The notes under the pieces are model-generated. The model was given only the letters and a program-made list of their open reading frames with translations, ran no database searches and had not been told where the DNA came from. From positions 20,979 to 84,978 of the IMG/VR virus record IMGVR_UViG_3300050343_000256: a stretch of 64,000 nt of DNA. The stretch is one strand, 5' to 3'. This DNA is from a virus. Position numbers and translations under genes: made by a program. Positions within the stretch are counted from its first letter, which is position 1, and each line of letters opens with the position of its first letter. Below, one piece after another: positions 9,153 to 18,685 of this stretch.

Positions 9153-9851
9153 ATGGGATCAAGCGCAAACTACGACACCAGAACAGGCAATTCAAACAAC
9201 TACGATGCAGGGCATTGGGGAAAAGGCAACTTTGATATCAAGGAATTAGCCGAGCGCTATGGCCTTGACACCAGTAATCCAGGCAGAACAGAGCATGACA
9301 TCTACGGGAAAGATGCAGATGGCAATGAGGTCTACATTGGGCGATCCAATATGGGCATGGCGTCCAACAAGGATCTAATCAGAGCACACTCAAATCAAGC
9401 GCATCCAGATGAGGGCGATCATTTCGCTGAAGGCTCAAACCTAAGCAGCAGTGGAGATATTCGAGGTGCAATTCTCAATCAATGGAATAGAGGTGCAGCT
9501 GCTAAAGCAGAGCCAGAGCCAGAGCCAGAACCCGACCTTGTCCTTGAAGAGTCGACTCAAAAGTACAAAGACACTCGACTAGATCTACCTGAAAACGCGC
9601 AACCAGAATTCGGTTACTCAGACGACGTTTACAAGGACGCCATCAGCCACGGAGACGATTTAAACAAGCACTATGCACGAAAATTTCTTCCAAGTCTTGA
9701 AGCAGAAGCGAAGCTGACTGCTCACGAGATAGGAAGAAGCGGCCTAAAGCACATGCAAAATATGAAGGGCACAGTCGGAGGGCAACTAGGTGACGGAAAA
9801 GATTTGTTTGAGTATTACGCCAACTATTTAAATGACGCCTACGACGCGTAA
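9153..9851 (+). CDS. hypothetical protein
   Basis: 232-aa ORF with EPEPEPEP linker. Confidence 0.6.
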   Translation: MGSSANYDTRTGNSNNYDAGHWGKGNFDIKELAERYGLDTSNPGRTEHDIYGKDADGNEVYIGRSNMGMASNKDLIRAHSNQAHPDEGDHFAEGSNLSSSGDIRGAILNQWNRGAAAKAEPEPEPEPDLVLEESTQKYKDTRLDLPENAQPEFGYSDDVYKDAISHGDDLNKHYARKFLPSLEAEAKLTAHEIGRSGLKHMQNMKGTVGGQLGDGKDLFEYYANYLNDAYDA

Positions 9852-9922
9852 CAATTCTTTGCACGACTGAGCAAGCATTTTGCACGACAACCCGGTAACT
9901 TCTGCTCAGTTGCATTTCCGAC

Positions 9923-10648
9923 TTGGAAGCCCCGGCATTCGAACCGTTCAAAGCCACTTTTGTTGATGGCAATCAGTTCCCCCAGCGATTGGCCTATACG
10001 GCTTTGCATGCTGATTACTCAGAGAACTTTTCTGATAGCAGCGAGCTCCCTGAAGACAAAGCTGGACGAATCGTTGTTGATCGATTACTGAAGGGCGGCA
10101 AAGGCCACTGGGGGCCTCTCGAGCACCCGTCCATGAGCCTGATGCTTAGGGCAGATCACAACACCATGATGCAGCTGCGAACTCACCGCGTGGGCTGCAC
10201 GTTCGATTATCAGTCAATGCGGTATAGCGGTGAGCGCATTCGTAAATGTGCCCAACGAAAAATCAGGCCTGAAGAAGTCTTTTACGTGCGGCCACCTGGC
10301 ACTTATTGGGACCGCCAGGGCGATAAATATATCTGGACAAATAGTCAAGCCGAAGAGACATTGGCGATGTGTCTTTCGTCTGCAATTGATTACGACCGTC
10401 TACGACAATCAGGAGCCTCAGAAGAACACTCGCGGTCAGTGCTGGCAACTGGATACCTTCAGCATGGGCTAGTAACTGGAACGCTCAGGTTCTGGCTTCA
10501 TCTTCTAGATGTACGAGCGAAAGCCGATGCTCAAATGGAAATTCGAGACTTAATGAACTTAATCGAGTTACAAGTTCAGCGCTGGGTCCCCGAAATATGG
10601 GGATGGTATCAACAACACCGCCACCACAAAGCACTACTCGCTCCGTAA
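9923..10648 (+). CDS. thyX: flavin-dependent thymidylate synthase
   Basis: GHWGPLEH, QLRTHRVG-x-SMRY signature, AQMEIR. Confidence 0.92.
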   Translation: MEAPAFEPFKATFVDGNQFPQRLAYTALHADYSENFSDSSELPEDKAGRIVVDRLLKGGKGHWGPLEHPSMSLMLRADHNTMMQLRTHRVGCTFDYQSMRYSGERIRKCAQRKIRPEEVFYVRPPGTYWDRQGDKYIWTNSQAEETLAMCLSSAIDYDRLRQSGASEEHSRSVLATGYLQHGLVTGTLRFWLHLLDVRAKADAQMEIRDLMNLIELQVQRWVPEIWGWYQQHRHHKALLAP

Positions 10649-10909
10649 ATGCCATTGAACGCCACTCGCAATTCCATTGTTATGGATCAAATAAAAAAAG
10701 CTGAACTCTATGGTCCCGTAAAAACTGACGAGACCGAACAGCAGATCATGCTGATATCCGCTTACGGAGAGTTGCAGGCTTTCTGCCAAGCGACACAAGA
10801 CAATCCGTGGCAACGCGAACTACGAGGTACTGCACAAGCTGCGCTGTTAATCGTGGACAACCTTCTCGACACTTTTGAATCTTTAAGGGATCTTAGAAAA
10901 AATGATTAG
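10649..10909 (+). CDS. hypothetical protein
   Basis: abuts thyX; operon packing. Confidence 0.55.
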   Translation: MPLNATRNSIVMDQIKKAELYGPVKTDETEQQIMLISAYGELQAFCQATQDNPWQRELRGTAQAALLIVDNLLDTFESLRDLRKND

Positions 10910-11345
10910 ACCAGAACCAATTGAAATGCTTGCAAGCTTGTTCCCAGAGCTGCTTAAGGCGAAATCAAAATCTGAACGCGAATCTACAGTCAAGTACAGC
11001 CTTCTGGCTTCTGAGGTTGTATGCCTGGACCTAATCCGACTATTCGACCAGGGCCTGCAGCGCTATGGCCGTGGCGTCTTGGTGATGCGTCTAAACAAGG
11101 GAGCAAGGGACTCAACCTATCTCACTAATAACGACTTAAGCCAGGACTATGAAATAGCTAAAGCTGATGGCGACAAGAAGACGGCTGAGGCCTTGAAGCA
11201 GGTAATCAAATTGATCGACAGCACAAATCCTGAGAAGTGGGCAATTCTGATGCGTGTCGACAATTCAGGTATCTCTGCGATGCGAATCAACCGAGAAAAT
11301 CCGACTGAAAACCTCGAAGCAAAATTGGAGCAAATCGCAGAATGA
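10902..11345 (+). CDS. hypothetical protein
   Basis: 147-aa ORF with overlapping start/stop. Confidence 0.6.
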   Translation: MIRPEPIEMLASLFPELLKAKSKSERESTVKYSLLASEVVCLDLIRLFDQGLQRYGRGVLVMRLNKGARDSTYLTNNDLSQDYEIAKADGDKKTAEALKQVIKLIDSTNPEKWAILMRVDNSGISAMRINRENPTENLEAKLEQIAE

Positions 11346-11449
11346 GTGACTCCAGTCTTGGCTATTTCACAGTTGGCATATTACTGGGCCTGGTAATTGC
11401 CATCACAGCCGATCTTGCACTCACACCCTTAATGGCATATGGGGGTTGA
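11342..11449 (+). CDS. small membrane protein (35 aa, not in ORF track)
   Basis: ATGA overlap; MSDSSLGYFTVGILLGLVIAITADLALTPLMAYGG. Confidence 0.45.
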   Translation: MSDSSLGYFTVGILLGLVIAITADLALTPLMAYGG

Positions 11450-12071
11450 ACATCGGATCGAGCTTGGCCCTCCAAAGAATTTAGTGGAAGCCGCTAAAGC
11501 AGTGATGGGGGCAATCGACTTTGACCCCTTCTCTACAAAAGACATTAATCGTCTTGTTCAAGCGGCAAGGTTCTTAGACAGAGACCGTGACGCTGAGCCA
11601 GAGATTGCGCTTGAAAACGTATTAGCTCCTGACTGGGATCTACCTGGAGAGAAACGAGCCTTTATCGCACCAGCTCATGGGGCTCAGTGGAGTCGCAAAC
11701 TGATTAATAAAACTCTGCGGGAATACCAAAGAGGCAGAGTTGATCAGGCTGTTATCTGGATAAGCAATAACGAAACGCTTACCAAAGTCCCCTGGATCTG
11801 GAATTTTCCAGTCTGCATACCATTCAAGCGATTACGTGCAACATGGTATGACGACGAATTGGAAAAATTTAAGAACACAGTCCCTGCAAGTTGGTCATCG
11901 GTTGTTTATCTGCCGCCTTCAGATCCACAACGCTTTCATTCCAAGGTCTCGCTTTTTCATGCCTCATTTTTCACGATGGGCGCGATCATCTTCAACGAGA
12001 TGAGCGGGCACACTGACTGGGAAAAAGCTTACGAGCTAGGCATGAAAAAGAAATACAACTATTACACCTAA
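11439..12071 (+). CDS. phage DNA adenine methyltransferase-like protein with degenerate catalytic motif
   Basis: LVEAAKAVMGAIDFDPFS motif I; FIAPAHG where FxNPPYG is expected. Confidence 0.55.
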   Translation: MGVEHRIELGPPKNLVEAAKAVMGAIDFDPFSTKDINRLVQAARFLDRDRDAEPEIALENVLAPDWDLPGEKRAFIAPAHGAQWSRKLINKTLREYQRGRVDQAVIWISNNETLTKVPWIWNFPVCIPFKRLRATWYDDELEKFKNTVPASWSSVVYLPPSDPQRFHSKVSLFHASFFTMGAIIFNEMSGHTDWEKAYELGMKKKYNYYT

Positions 12072-12499
12072 TGCTCTTACCATTTTCACATTCGGAATTA
12101 GATGAGTTCTGCATGCCGGACGGGGAAATTTTCTACGTCTTGCGCTCTATCGTGTACGACTCATGGCTTACATGGCAAGACGCACTGCCTGAGCCAATAG
12201 AACAGAGAACGCTGCTTAACGAAGACGTAGTTTCTAATGTCGTCAAGTTGGCATCTTCTCTTCATTCGTTTCATCAAAGCCTTCCCGACTATCGACCTCT
12301 TACAAAAACACCTTTTAAGGTGACTCGATGGTGGGACCCAGACGATAGAGATGAACGCTGGAATAGCGGATCCGCTTGTTTATTTTCAATGACAGACTAT
12401 TCTGCCACTGATTTAGTACGGCTGATTCAGAAGAAGACAGAGCTAGCAGTAACACCAGTATCTAAGCGCTACGTTGAGGCATACCTTCCTGACTCGTAA
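12071..12499 (+). CDS. hypothetical protein, weak peptidase M15-like pattern
   Basis: NVVKLASSL...PFKVTRWWDP...GSACLF. Confidence 0.45.
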   Translation: MLLPFSHSELDEFCMPDGEIFYVLRSIVYDSWLTWQDALPEPIEQRTLLNEDVVSNVVKLASSLHSFHQSLPDYRPLTKTPFKVTRWWDPDDRDERWNSGSACLFSMTDYSATDLVRLIQKKTELAVTPVSKRYVEAYLPDS

Positions 12500-12504
12500 A
12501 AGGT

Positions 12505-12687
12505 TTGTACGTAATACTGAACTTTGTAAGCTCATTCTTTACGACCGTTGTCCTGTCCTGCGCAGATCCAGTCAACTGGGACAACTGCTATCCGCCTGAC
12601 AAGTGGCTTGTCCCTTGGATACACGATGTGGTCCACTTGCATAAAGATGGCGCTTATCACGAAGAGAAATGTGCGCTAAATCAATAA
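12505..12687 (+). CDS. small hypothetical protein
   Basis: hydrophobic N-terminus, CADPVNWDNC. Confidence 0.5.
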   Translation: MYVILNFVSSFFTTVVLSCADPVNWDNCYPPDKWLVPWIHDVVHLHKDGAYHEEKCALNQ

Positions 12688-13154
12688 GCGGAATAAGTAC
12701 CACCACTTAGACCACTCAACCCAGTCGAGTCCAGACCAGTTGAGTCGGCCTTGGGCTCGTCATCAAAATCGTCTCGATCTTTGCTGAACTGTCTATCGAT
12801 CATTGCTTTGCGCTGCTCAGGATCGAATTGCTTGCCAATCCATGACTCCTTGCGAGCACCGAAGCGGCCAGTTCCTTGCTGATCAAAGATCTTACGGTTA
12901 TCGGCTTGCTTGGCTTGGCGCTGCTGGATAACACGAGTACCGGTTCTTCTGCCTTCTAGAGATTTTCTTCCTCCTGTACTGCCACCATAATTTTCGGCCT
13001 TACGTGCCGTAGCTTTGATATTGCTCATGTAACGACCAAGCAAAGCTTCACGTTGATCTACGGTTTTATTAGAAGCTTTGACTCCGTTATAGAAGCGCAT
13101 CCCTGAATATCTTCTATCCATGACCAGTCTTTTTATCTGAGGTATCCACGACAT
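12681..13154 (-). CDS. hypothetical basic protein
   Basis: 157-aa ORF; true start may be the internal MDRRYSG. Confidence 0.55.
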   Translation of the reverse strand: MSWIPQIKRLVMDRRYSGMRFYNGVKASNKTVDQREALLGRYMSNIKATARKAENYGGSTGGRKSLEGRRTGTRVIQQRQAKQADNRKIFDQQGTGRFGARKESWIGKQFDPEQRKAMIDRQFSKDRDDFDDEPKADSTGLDSTGLSGLSGGTYSAY

Positions 13155-13192
13155 ATCACATACGTCTCATCTATCCTAGTTCTAATAGCAGA

Positions 13193-13537
13193 ATGTTCTT
13201 GACGGTGAAGACGCGATACGACCTTATCCCCTTCAAATCCATAGGAGAAATCGCAGACGTTCTCGCCTATGGAGCTGATAAATACACAGCCAACAACTGG
13301 TGTCGAGGCACAAACTGGGGCCGGTATTTCGCTGCTCTGTGCAGGCACATCTTTGCCTGGTGGGCTGGAGAAGACAAAGACCCAGAGACTGGCTTCTCCC
13401 ATCTCGCTCATGCAGGGTGCTGCTTGATCTTCCTAATGGAATATCAACGCAATCAGTGGGGAGAAGACGATCGCTTCTCCGGTCCCGATGGGAAACACTT
13501 CACTAAATACGACGGTATCGATTTAGATCTCAGCTAG
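13193..13537 (+). CDS. dATP/dGTP diphosphohydrolase (DUF5664) domain protein
   Basis: RYDLIP, VLAYGADKY..NNW, ALCRH, DPETGFSHLAHA. Confidence 0.85.
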   Translation: MFLTVKTRYDLIPFKSIGEIADVLAYGADKYTANNWCRGTNWGRYFAALCRHIFAWWAGEDKDPETGFSHLAHAGCCLIFLMEYQRNQWGEDDRFSGPDGKHFTKYDGIDLDLS

Positions 13538-14150
13538 TATGAATCGCTCTTGCGTTGAAGGCAATAGACCACCGCTCACCCTCACCTTTGAACGGACCTA
13601 CCGAATGCTGCTGTAAAGCAGGGAACACATAGAAGTCTCGCTCAACAGGTGTAAACGTAGTTTTCATTCCCATTTGGAACTTGTCTGGGTTGAAGCTTTC
13701 TGGCCCATGGAATTCAATACAGCCTCCTTGTTGTTCCAAGATTTGCTCCGGTACTTTTAGATACAAAACACCAGAAAATTCTTGACTATGAACATGGGGA
13801 GGGTTGTAATCACCAGCCTCCTGCACATTCAGCCACATATCATTTACTTGGATTGAATATGTACCTGCAGTCCAATACATTTGCCCCATAAGCGGCCAGT
13901 CTTTCTTGGATTCTTCAATCCAATCGACGCATGACTTGCTAAAGAGAATGTCTAGCTCATTCCACGTGAAATGATTGGTTGGTATTGCAAGCTGCTGCTT
14001 AAGGCTCCCTGCAAGATCGTTCGATTTGTCAATGGCATCCGGGCTATCTATGAGCTCTTCACAGAGGACAACTAGATCCTCATGCAGCACTTCGCTGATC
14101 ACACCTTTCCCGACGTTCCTCGGGAACAAGTGAAACATTTTCGCAAGCAT
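13530..14150 (-). CDS. 2OG-Fe(II) oxygenase
   Basis: YNPPHVH..FSGVLYLKVP...FPALQQHSV...RWSIAFN. Confidence 0.85.
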   Translation of the reverse strand: MLAKMFHLFPRNVGKGVISEVLHEDLVVLCEELIDSPDAIDKSNDLAGSLKQQLAIPTNHFTWNELDILFSKSCVDWIEESKKDWPLMGQMYWTAGTYSIQVNDMWLNVQEAGDYNPPHVHSQEFSGVLYLKVPEQILEQQGGCIEFHGPESFNPDKFQMGMKTTFTPVERDFYVFPALQQHSVGPFKGEGERWSIAFNARAIHTS

Positions 14151-14503
14151 TACTCTGGAGCGAACTGACTATTTAGTTGGTTCATCCGCTCACCAAGAGC
14201 AGCAAGCTGTTCATTGATCTTCTTATTCATTGCAGCAGGTGTCTGTTCGTTCCCACCGAAAACTGCTGATTGCCTAGCAATCTGCTGTTGCTGCTGTTGC
14301 TGTTGTGCCATTCGTTGGGCCTCGATCTGAGCTACTTGCTGAAATGCGCTCTGCACTTCGTTTCGGGTAATCAGCTCAGGAACAGATTCTTCGAGCAATG
14401 CAAGTCGCTTACTAAGTTGACCGCTACGAAACACGGCGCTCATTCCTTGCCCGGAAAGAACGCCGATCAGCGCAGCTAGCGCTCCAATTGCAACTGAGCC
14501 CAT
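14150..14503 (-). CDS. membrane-anchored coiled-coil protein
   Basis: N-terminal TM helix, poly-Q coiled coil; follows the muramidase. Confidence 0.6.
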   Translation of the reverse strand: MGSVAIGALAALIGVLSGQGMSAVFRSGQLSKRLALLEESVPELITRNEVQSAFQQVAQIEAQRMAQQQQQQQQIARQSAVFGGNEQTPAAMNKKINEQLAALGERMNQLNSQFAPE

Positions 14504-14535
14504 GAATAAATATGATTCTCAGCTGAATGTAACAA

Positions 14536-15174
14536 CTAAAGACCTACGATCTCCCTGACACGATTCAAGACATTACCTATAGCCCCAAAGCGTTGTACCT
14601 CTTCGGGAGGGATATTTTTCATTTTATCCATTGCCATTCTGTTCTTTCCCGCAGGTGATGAAGGCAAGTTGAGAGAAGCCCCTCCCATGTTCTGATACTG
14701 ACCTCCATACACTGCTTGCAGCTCGTTAAGAGACTTGCCCCCTTGGCCGTAATACGAGGTGCCTGTTGCTGCTGTGGGGAATGATGCCCATTCCGGAGCT
14801 AAGGCATCAGCTACCCTCTCGCTCATCCCGTCACTTGTAATTACATCCAAGCCTCCCAACCCTTGTAGCCGGCGATCCGCTAACGCCAACGCAGCAATAT
14901 CTTGATTGATCGGAGAGAAATCGTTGAGGCCTAGGCTTTTCGCCAAGGGCTCATATGTCGTGCTTAGGAATTGGTACGCTCCTGCCGCATCGCTAGAAAG
15001 GCCATTACCAGATTGAATAAGCCGTGGGTGCCTACTTAAATCATTAAACTTGGCACCTGTGAACATGGTGTTATAACCATCCTCCCCCGCTGTCCCTTCA
15101 GCGAACCGTATCGTTTGCAGAAGCTTTTGCCCCGCAGGAGTATTTCTAAATTGTTCGTAGTAACCCCTACTCAT
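14536..15174 (-). CDS. lambda-R-like muramidase/lytic transglycosylase (GH104-like)
   Basis: IRFAEGT...YNTMFTG...HP...SDAAGAYQFL..T...QD...EWASFP. Confidence 0.88.
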   Translation of the reverse strand: MSRGYYEQFRNTPAGQKLLQTIRFAEGTAGEDGYNTMFTGAKFNDLSRHPRLIQSGNGLSSDAAGAYQFLSTTYEPLAKSLGLNDFSPINQDIAALALADRRLQGLGGLDVITSDGMSERVADALAPEWASFPTAATGTSYYGQGGKSLNELQAVYGGQYQNMGGASLNLPSSPAGKNRMAMDKMKNIPPEEVQRFGAIGNVLNRVREIVGL

Positions 15175-15508
15175 TGTCTACGCCTAAAACAATTTCGTCC
15201 ATGTCCAACTCCATTGTGGCAGATTCATAGACATCCTTTATGTAATTAACAGCTTCTTCTTCTGTAGGTTCGTAGCCAAATATTGATTCCAGATCTTCCA
15301 TGCTGTCAGGGGAGAAAGGATCCCTTTGCTCATCAACCCGGAAAACTATTCCAGCCCCTCTACTGAATTCCATGAAGCTCTGCTTCAGCTGAAACCTCAC
15401 CTCCCAACAACCCAGCAAGGCTTCGACGAGTTCCTCCCTGTTGAGATCTTTCGCTTCTAGCTCGACCCGTTTTAGGATGAACTTCTGTTCTTGCGTTAGT
15501 TCGTACAT
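15167..15508 (-). CDS. NblA-like protein with acidic C-terminal extension
   Basis: ELTQEQKFILKRVELEAKDLNREELVEALL resembles the NblA L(S/T)xEQxF helix-loop-helix. Confidence 0.55.
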   Translation of the reverse strand: MYELTQEQKFILKRVELEAKDLNREELVEALLGCWEVRFQLKQSFMEFSRGAGIVFRVDEQRDPFSPDSMEDLESIFGYEPTEEEAVNYIKDVYESATMELDMDEIVLGVDNE

Positions 15509-15881
15509 TTAAAGCCTCGCCGATTGTCCAATGCGTCGAGATGGGCGCGACCCACGCGGACACCTTGTCGGCTCGCTTTTGACAAAACCAAGACGTCGAC
15601 CTCCACCAATCTAAGTAATTCGGACTAGACCCTTTGGCCCGATTGCAGCGAACGCAGCATGGAACGATGTTGGTTCGAGCCCATCGGTCACCGCCCCACC
15701 TTCTGGGTAGAACGTGATCCAATGTCATTTCCAATGTAGTGCCTTCAGAATCTTGGGATCGACCGCAGTAAGCGCATCCGTCCCAGGCATCTTTTATTGC
15801 TTGCCTATATCTTCTGATCGCTGCCCTTGGTTGCAAATCTTGCAGAGTGATTATGTACCACTCGGGATGTTCAGGCGTCAT
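15360..15881 (-). CDS. HNH endonuclease
   Basis: CAYCG...TLDHVLPRRWGG...NIVPCCVRCNRAKG. Confidence 0.88.
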   Translation of the reverse strand: MTPEHPEWYIITLQDLQPRAAIRRYRQAIKDAWDGCAYCGRSQDSEGTTLEMTLDHVLPRRWGGDRWARTNIVPCCVRCNRAKGSSPNYLDWWRSTSWFCQKRADKVSAWVAPISTHWTIGEALNVRTNARTEVHPKTGRARSERSQQGGTRRSLAGLLGGEVSAEAELHGIQ

Positions 15882-16119
15882 AAGCTAGCAATAGCTATAT
15901 GGCAACCCTAAATATATTTTTTAGTGAACAAAATACATCAACACCCAAGCTCGATTAGCCTGGGCATTCGACTTAATTCTTCCAGGTGCGGCTAAGGCCC
16001 CATCAAAACCTTGAAGTCCTTACGGATACTTCACACCTGGAGGCTCAGAGGCTTCGCCACCCCACCGAGCTCCCAAAGCATAGCGAGTAAGCATGCATAG
16101 TGCAAGAGCTTTCTCGCAT

Positions 16120-16160
16120 AAAAAAGCCCCTCTGGTGGCGGCCAGAAGGGCTTTCGTTTT
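16120..16160. terminator. bidirectional-type terminator hairpin
   Basis: AAAAAAGCCCCTCTGG-tggcgg-CCAGAAGGGCTTTCGTTTT just downstream of the minus-strand porin-like gene. Confidence 0.75.
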
Positions 16161-16168
16161 GAATGCTA

Positions 16169-16528
16169 CTAGAACGAGTACTTGGCTCCGAGCTTAGTGC
16201 CGTAGGAATTAAGCTCGTCTCCGGTCAAAAATGCTGCTTCCCAATAGGCAGAAAGCTTTTCGGTGACGCCAATACTGCCGCCCACCTTGCCGCTGAGTTC
16301 TACCTCCCCGTCAGCTCCTGCAGGAGTCACGTAGGCCGGTCCAGCCTGGGCGTAGACAGCCATTGCGCCGAGCTGGCCTTCAGCACCAATGGCCAGCTCA
16401 GTGATCGCACCGGAGTGGTCTTGTCCAACGAATCCGTCGTTGCGTTCGCCGTTCACGTAGAAGCCACCGGCTTGGGCGGGAATAGCCAGGGCGAAAGCAC
16501 CGGCCAAAGCGAAAATAGATTTAAACAC
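16169..16528 (-). CDS. small outer-membrane beta-barrel/porin-like protein (picocyanobacterial/cyanophage type)
   Basis: signal peptide (AQA), GFYVNGE, YAQAGP, terminal GAKYSF. Confidence 0.8.
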   Translation of the reverse strand: MFKSIFALAGAFALAIPAQAGGFYVNGERNDGFVGQDHSGAITELAIGAEGQLGAMAVYAQAGPAYVTPAGADGEVELSGKVGGSIGVTEKLSAYWEAAFLTGDELNSYGTKLGAKYSF

Positions 16529-16637
16529 TGCGTAGGTAAAAATACGTCAATACAATTTTAGTAATAATCTTGCGTTATGAAATCCTTGTCATGCGGACAA
16601 GCAATCGCTACGCTGCACGACAAGTCACACACGGCGC

Positions 16638-16913
16638 ATGACCGATAACGCCACAGCTGCTCGGCTCCGTCGAGAGTTTTACCTTGCCAAGGCGCAAAAG
16701 GTCCGCGACCGCCCTGGGCTCAAGTACTCATTTACTGAGAACGGCAAGATACGCTTCGGCTTCGCTTCAGGCAGCTGCAAGCGCCAGATTCGTGATGCTG
16801 TGCTGAAGGCTCACCCCGACGCCACTTTTATTCCGTCAGGGTCACACCTTCCTCGGTCGTCACAGTCGTTAAAGAGTGACCGCCCTCTGCAAGCAGCTCA
16901 TAAGCGGCACTGA
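16638..16913 (+). CDS. hypothetical basic protein convergent with the recombinase
   Basis: 91-aa ORF. Confidence 0.4.
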   Translation: MTDNATAARLRREFYLAKAQKVRDRPGLKYSFTENGKIRFGFASGSCKRQIRDAVLKAHPDATFIPSGSHLPRSSQSLKSDRPLQAAHKRH

Positions 16914-18603
16914 AGTCGATTGGCTGCCAGTCGATCTCCCCCTCGCCAATCGAAAGGCCAAGAAGCAATGCTTCGCTGTCGACATGAATGCCAATGCCGA
17001 GTTGCTTTAAAGCTGCATTGGCTTGATGACGTTGCTCCTGAGAGCTAGTTCCGTTAATTAGATCAAACTTCAGGGGTTCAATAATTGTCTCCACAGCTTC
17101 GAGAGCTAATGGATTTTCGTTCCTCGACAGCTTGGCCCGTATATCAGCCAGCCGTATGTCGACACTTCGCTCTTCCTGATCTTTGTCTGCGATCCGATGC
17201 TGCAGAGTGCTGAAAATACTGTCGAAAGCTGGACCTCCAATTTCAGCGGCACGGCCAATGCTTTCCTGAATGTTTAAACGTTCGGTGTTGACCTGTTCTT
17301 TCTTAAGTAAAAGTCGATCTACTTGAGATCGCAGGTTCACAGCTTCTCCTTCTACGTTTCCACTGCCGCTTAATTGCAGCAAGGAATTTAGGTTTATCCG
17401 GGACAAGACAATTGCCAATACGTCACGCATCGGCAAGTAGGGACGTCGACATTCTTCGCTGTTCATTCGTGAGCGACATGCGATATATCTGATCAATGCA
17501 TTCGGTGGATGGCCTCCGACACACGTGGACATCGAGCCGCCGCATGCACAACGAGTCAGGCCGCGCCCAATCCAATGCATCTTGGTGTTTGGGCCTGGAC
17601 GATTTTTTGTTCTATTCCGAGCGGCGATGATCGAGATCACTTCTTCGACTTCTCGCTTTGGAAGAACAGGAGGAAATACGCCCTCAACGATTTCTTTTGG
17701 CTCTTGCGCAGCTCCACGAACAACGCCTTGCTGAGCGCGTGGGTCGTAGTAATTACCACTGCCATCCTTCAGCTCTCCATTTGGACCCCGCTTAAGAGGC
17801 TTCCACGCCCCTTTCGGCTTGATCGCTACAGCTCCATAAATCTGGTGTGACGCACGGATCATTGAAGAGAGATTGCTAGCCGTCCACATAGATGCCTTCA
17901 TCGGCTTGTGGCCCTCTTCGTTGAGAACTTTTGCCGTCTGCGAGTACCCGTAATTCTTAAGCAGTTCCATCGCCTTGGCGATAGCAACCGCCTTTTCGTT
18001 CAGCTCCCAACGCTGACGCTTCTCATCCCAGCTCACCCAACAAGGAGCGTTTTGCTTCTTCCTGCTTACAACACCACTGGCTAATTGTTTACGAACCTCT
18101 TCCCAGTTGTATTCCTGTCGACGCGCAAGCCGCAGCGAATACTCATGAGCAGCTTGACATTTCAGGACCAGCATTATGAGTGCTGCGCCATCCCCATCGA
18201 TTTTCTCTTTGTTGTAAAAATTATTGTCTTCTATCGTCACGATCGTGACGTCTGCGTTGATGAGCCTTAGGAAGACTCCTTCCAGCGCCTTGCGACTCTT
18301 CATCCGAGATACCCGATCGACAGCTTCGATAAGAAGTACCGGGTTAGTACCAAGCAAGCGCCGATCAGCCATCTCTAGAAAGCGGTCCAGGGGGCTTCCT
18401 TTCCGCATGTGCTTGGCGTGATATGCCGATTTACCTGGATCGCTTAGCGCTCGATCGTCAGCCAGTTCGAGCCCATGCCGATCGCACCAGTTGAGAGCGT
18501 CGGATCCCTGCCGGGCAAGGCCAGAACCTTTGGTCTGAATGATATGAGAGACCCTCTCGAAAGACCAGATCGTGCCTGCCTTGAAGCCCAGATCTCTGTC
18601 CAC
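16828..18603 (-). CDS. large serine recombinase (integrase)
   Basis: ERVS catalytic Ser, GLARQ, DPGKSA, IEAVDRVSR, recombinase domain, zinc ribbon CACG...C, coiled coil. Confidence 0.9.
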   Translation of the reverse strand: MDRDLGFKAGTIWSFERVSHIIQTKGSGLARQGSDALNWCDRHGLELADDRALSDPGKSAYHAKHMRKGSPLDRFLEMADRRLLGTNPVLLIEAVDRVSRMKSRKALEGVFLRLINADVTIVTIEDNNFYNKEKIDGDGAALIMLVLKCQAAHEYSLRLARRQEYNWEEVRKQLASGVVSRKKQNAPCWVSWDEKRQRWELNEKAVAIAKAMELLKNYGYSQTAKVLNEEGHKPMKASMWTASNLSSMIRASHQIYGAVAIKPKGAWKPLKRGPNGELKDGSGNYYDPRAQQGVVRGAAQEPKEIVEGVFPPVLPKREVEEVISIIAARNRTKNRPGPNTKMHWIGRGLTRCACGGSMSTCVGGHPPNALIRYIACRSRMNSEECRRPYLPMRDVLAIVLSRINLNSLLQLSGSGNVEGEAVNLRSQVDRLLLKKEQVNTERLNIQESIGRAAEIGGPAFDSIFSTLQHRIADKDQEERSVDIRLADIRAKLSRNENPLALEAVETIIEPLKFDLINGTSSQEQRHQANAALKQLGIGIHVDSEALLLGLSIGEGEIDWQPIDFSAAYELLAEGGHSLTTVTTEEGVTLTE

Positions 18604-18617
18604 GTCCCAAACCGGTA

Positions 18618-18665
18618 ATGTACTTCGATCACCGTAGTGAGGACACTGCCACCGGTCAAGTACAT
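18618..18665. other. candidate attP site
   Basis: 48-bp dyad: ATGTACTT...AGTG-a-GG-a-CACT...AAGTACAT, 14 bp upstream of the integrase start. Confidence 0.55.
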
Positions 18666-18685
18666 CGCTTAAGTGCCTGGTATCA

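Noticed and set aside
13193-13537. 2-aminoadenine (Z) genome pathway
   Set aside because: No PurZ or HD-family dATPase is recognisable in the window; DUF5664 alone is common in phages.
15890-16120. tRNA or other RNA gene in this intergenic gap
   Set aside because: No T-loop GTTCRA or cloverleaf could be identified here or elsewhere by eye.
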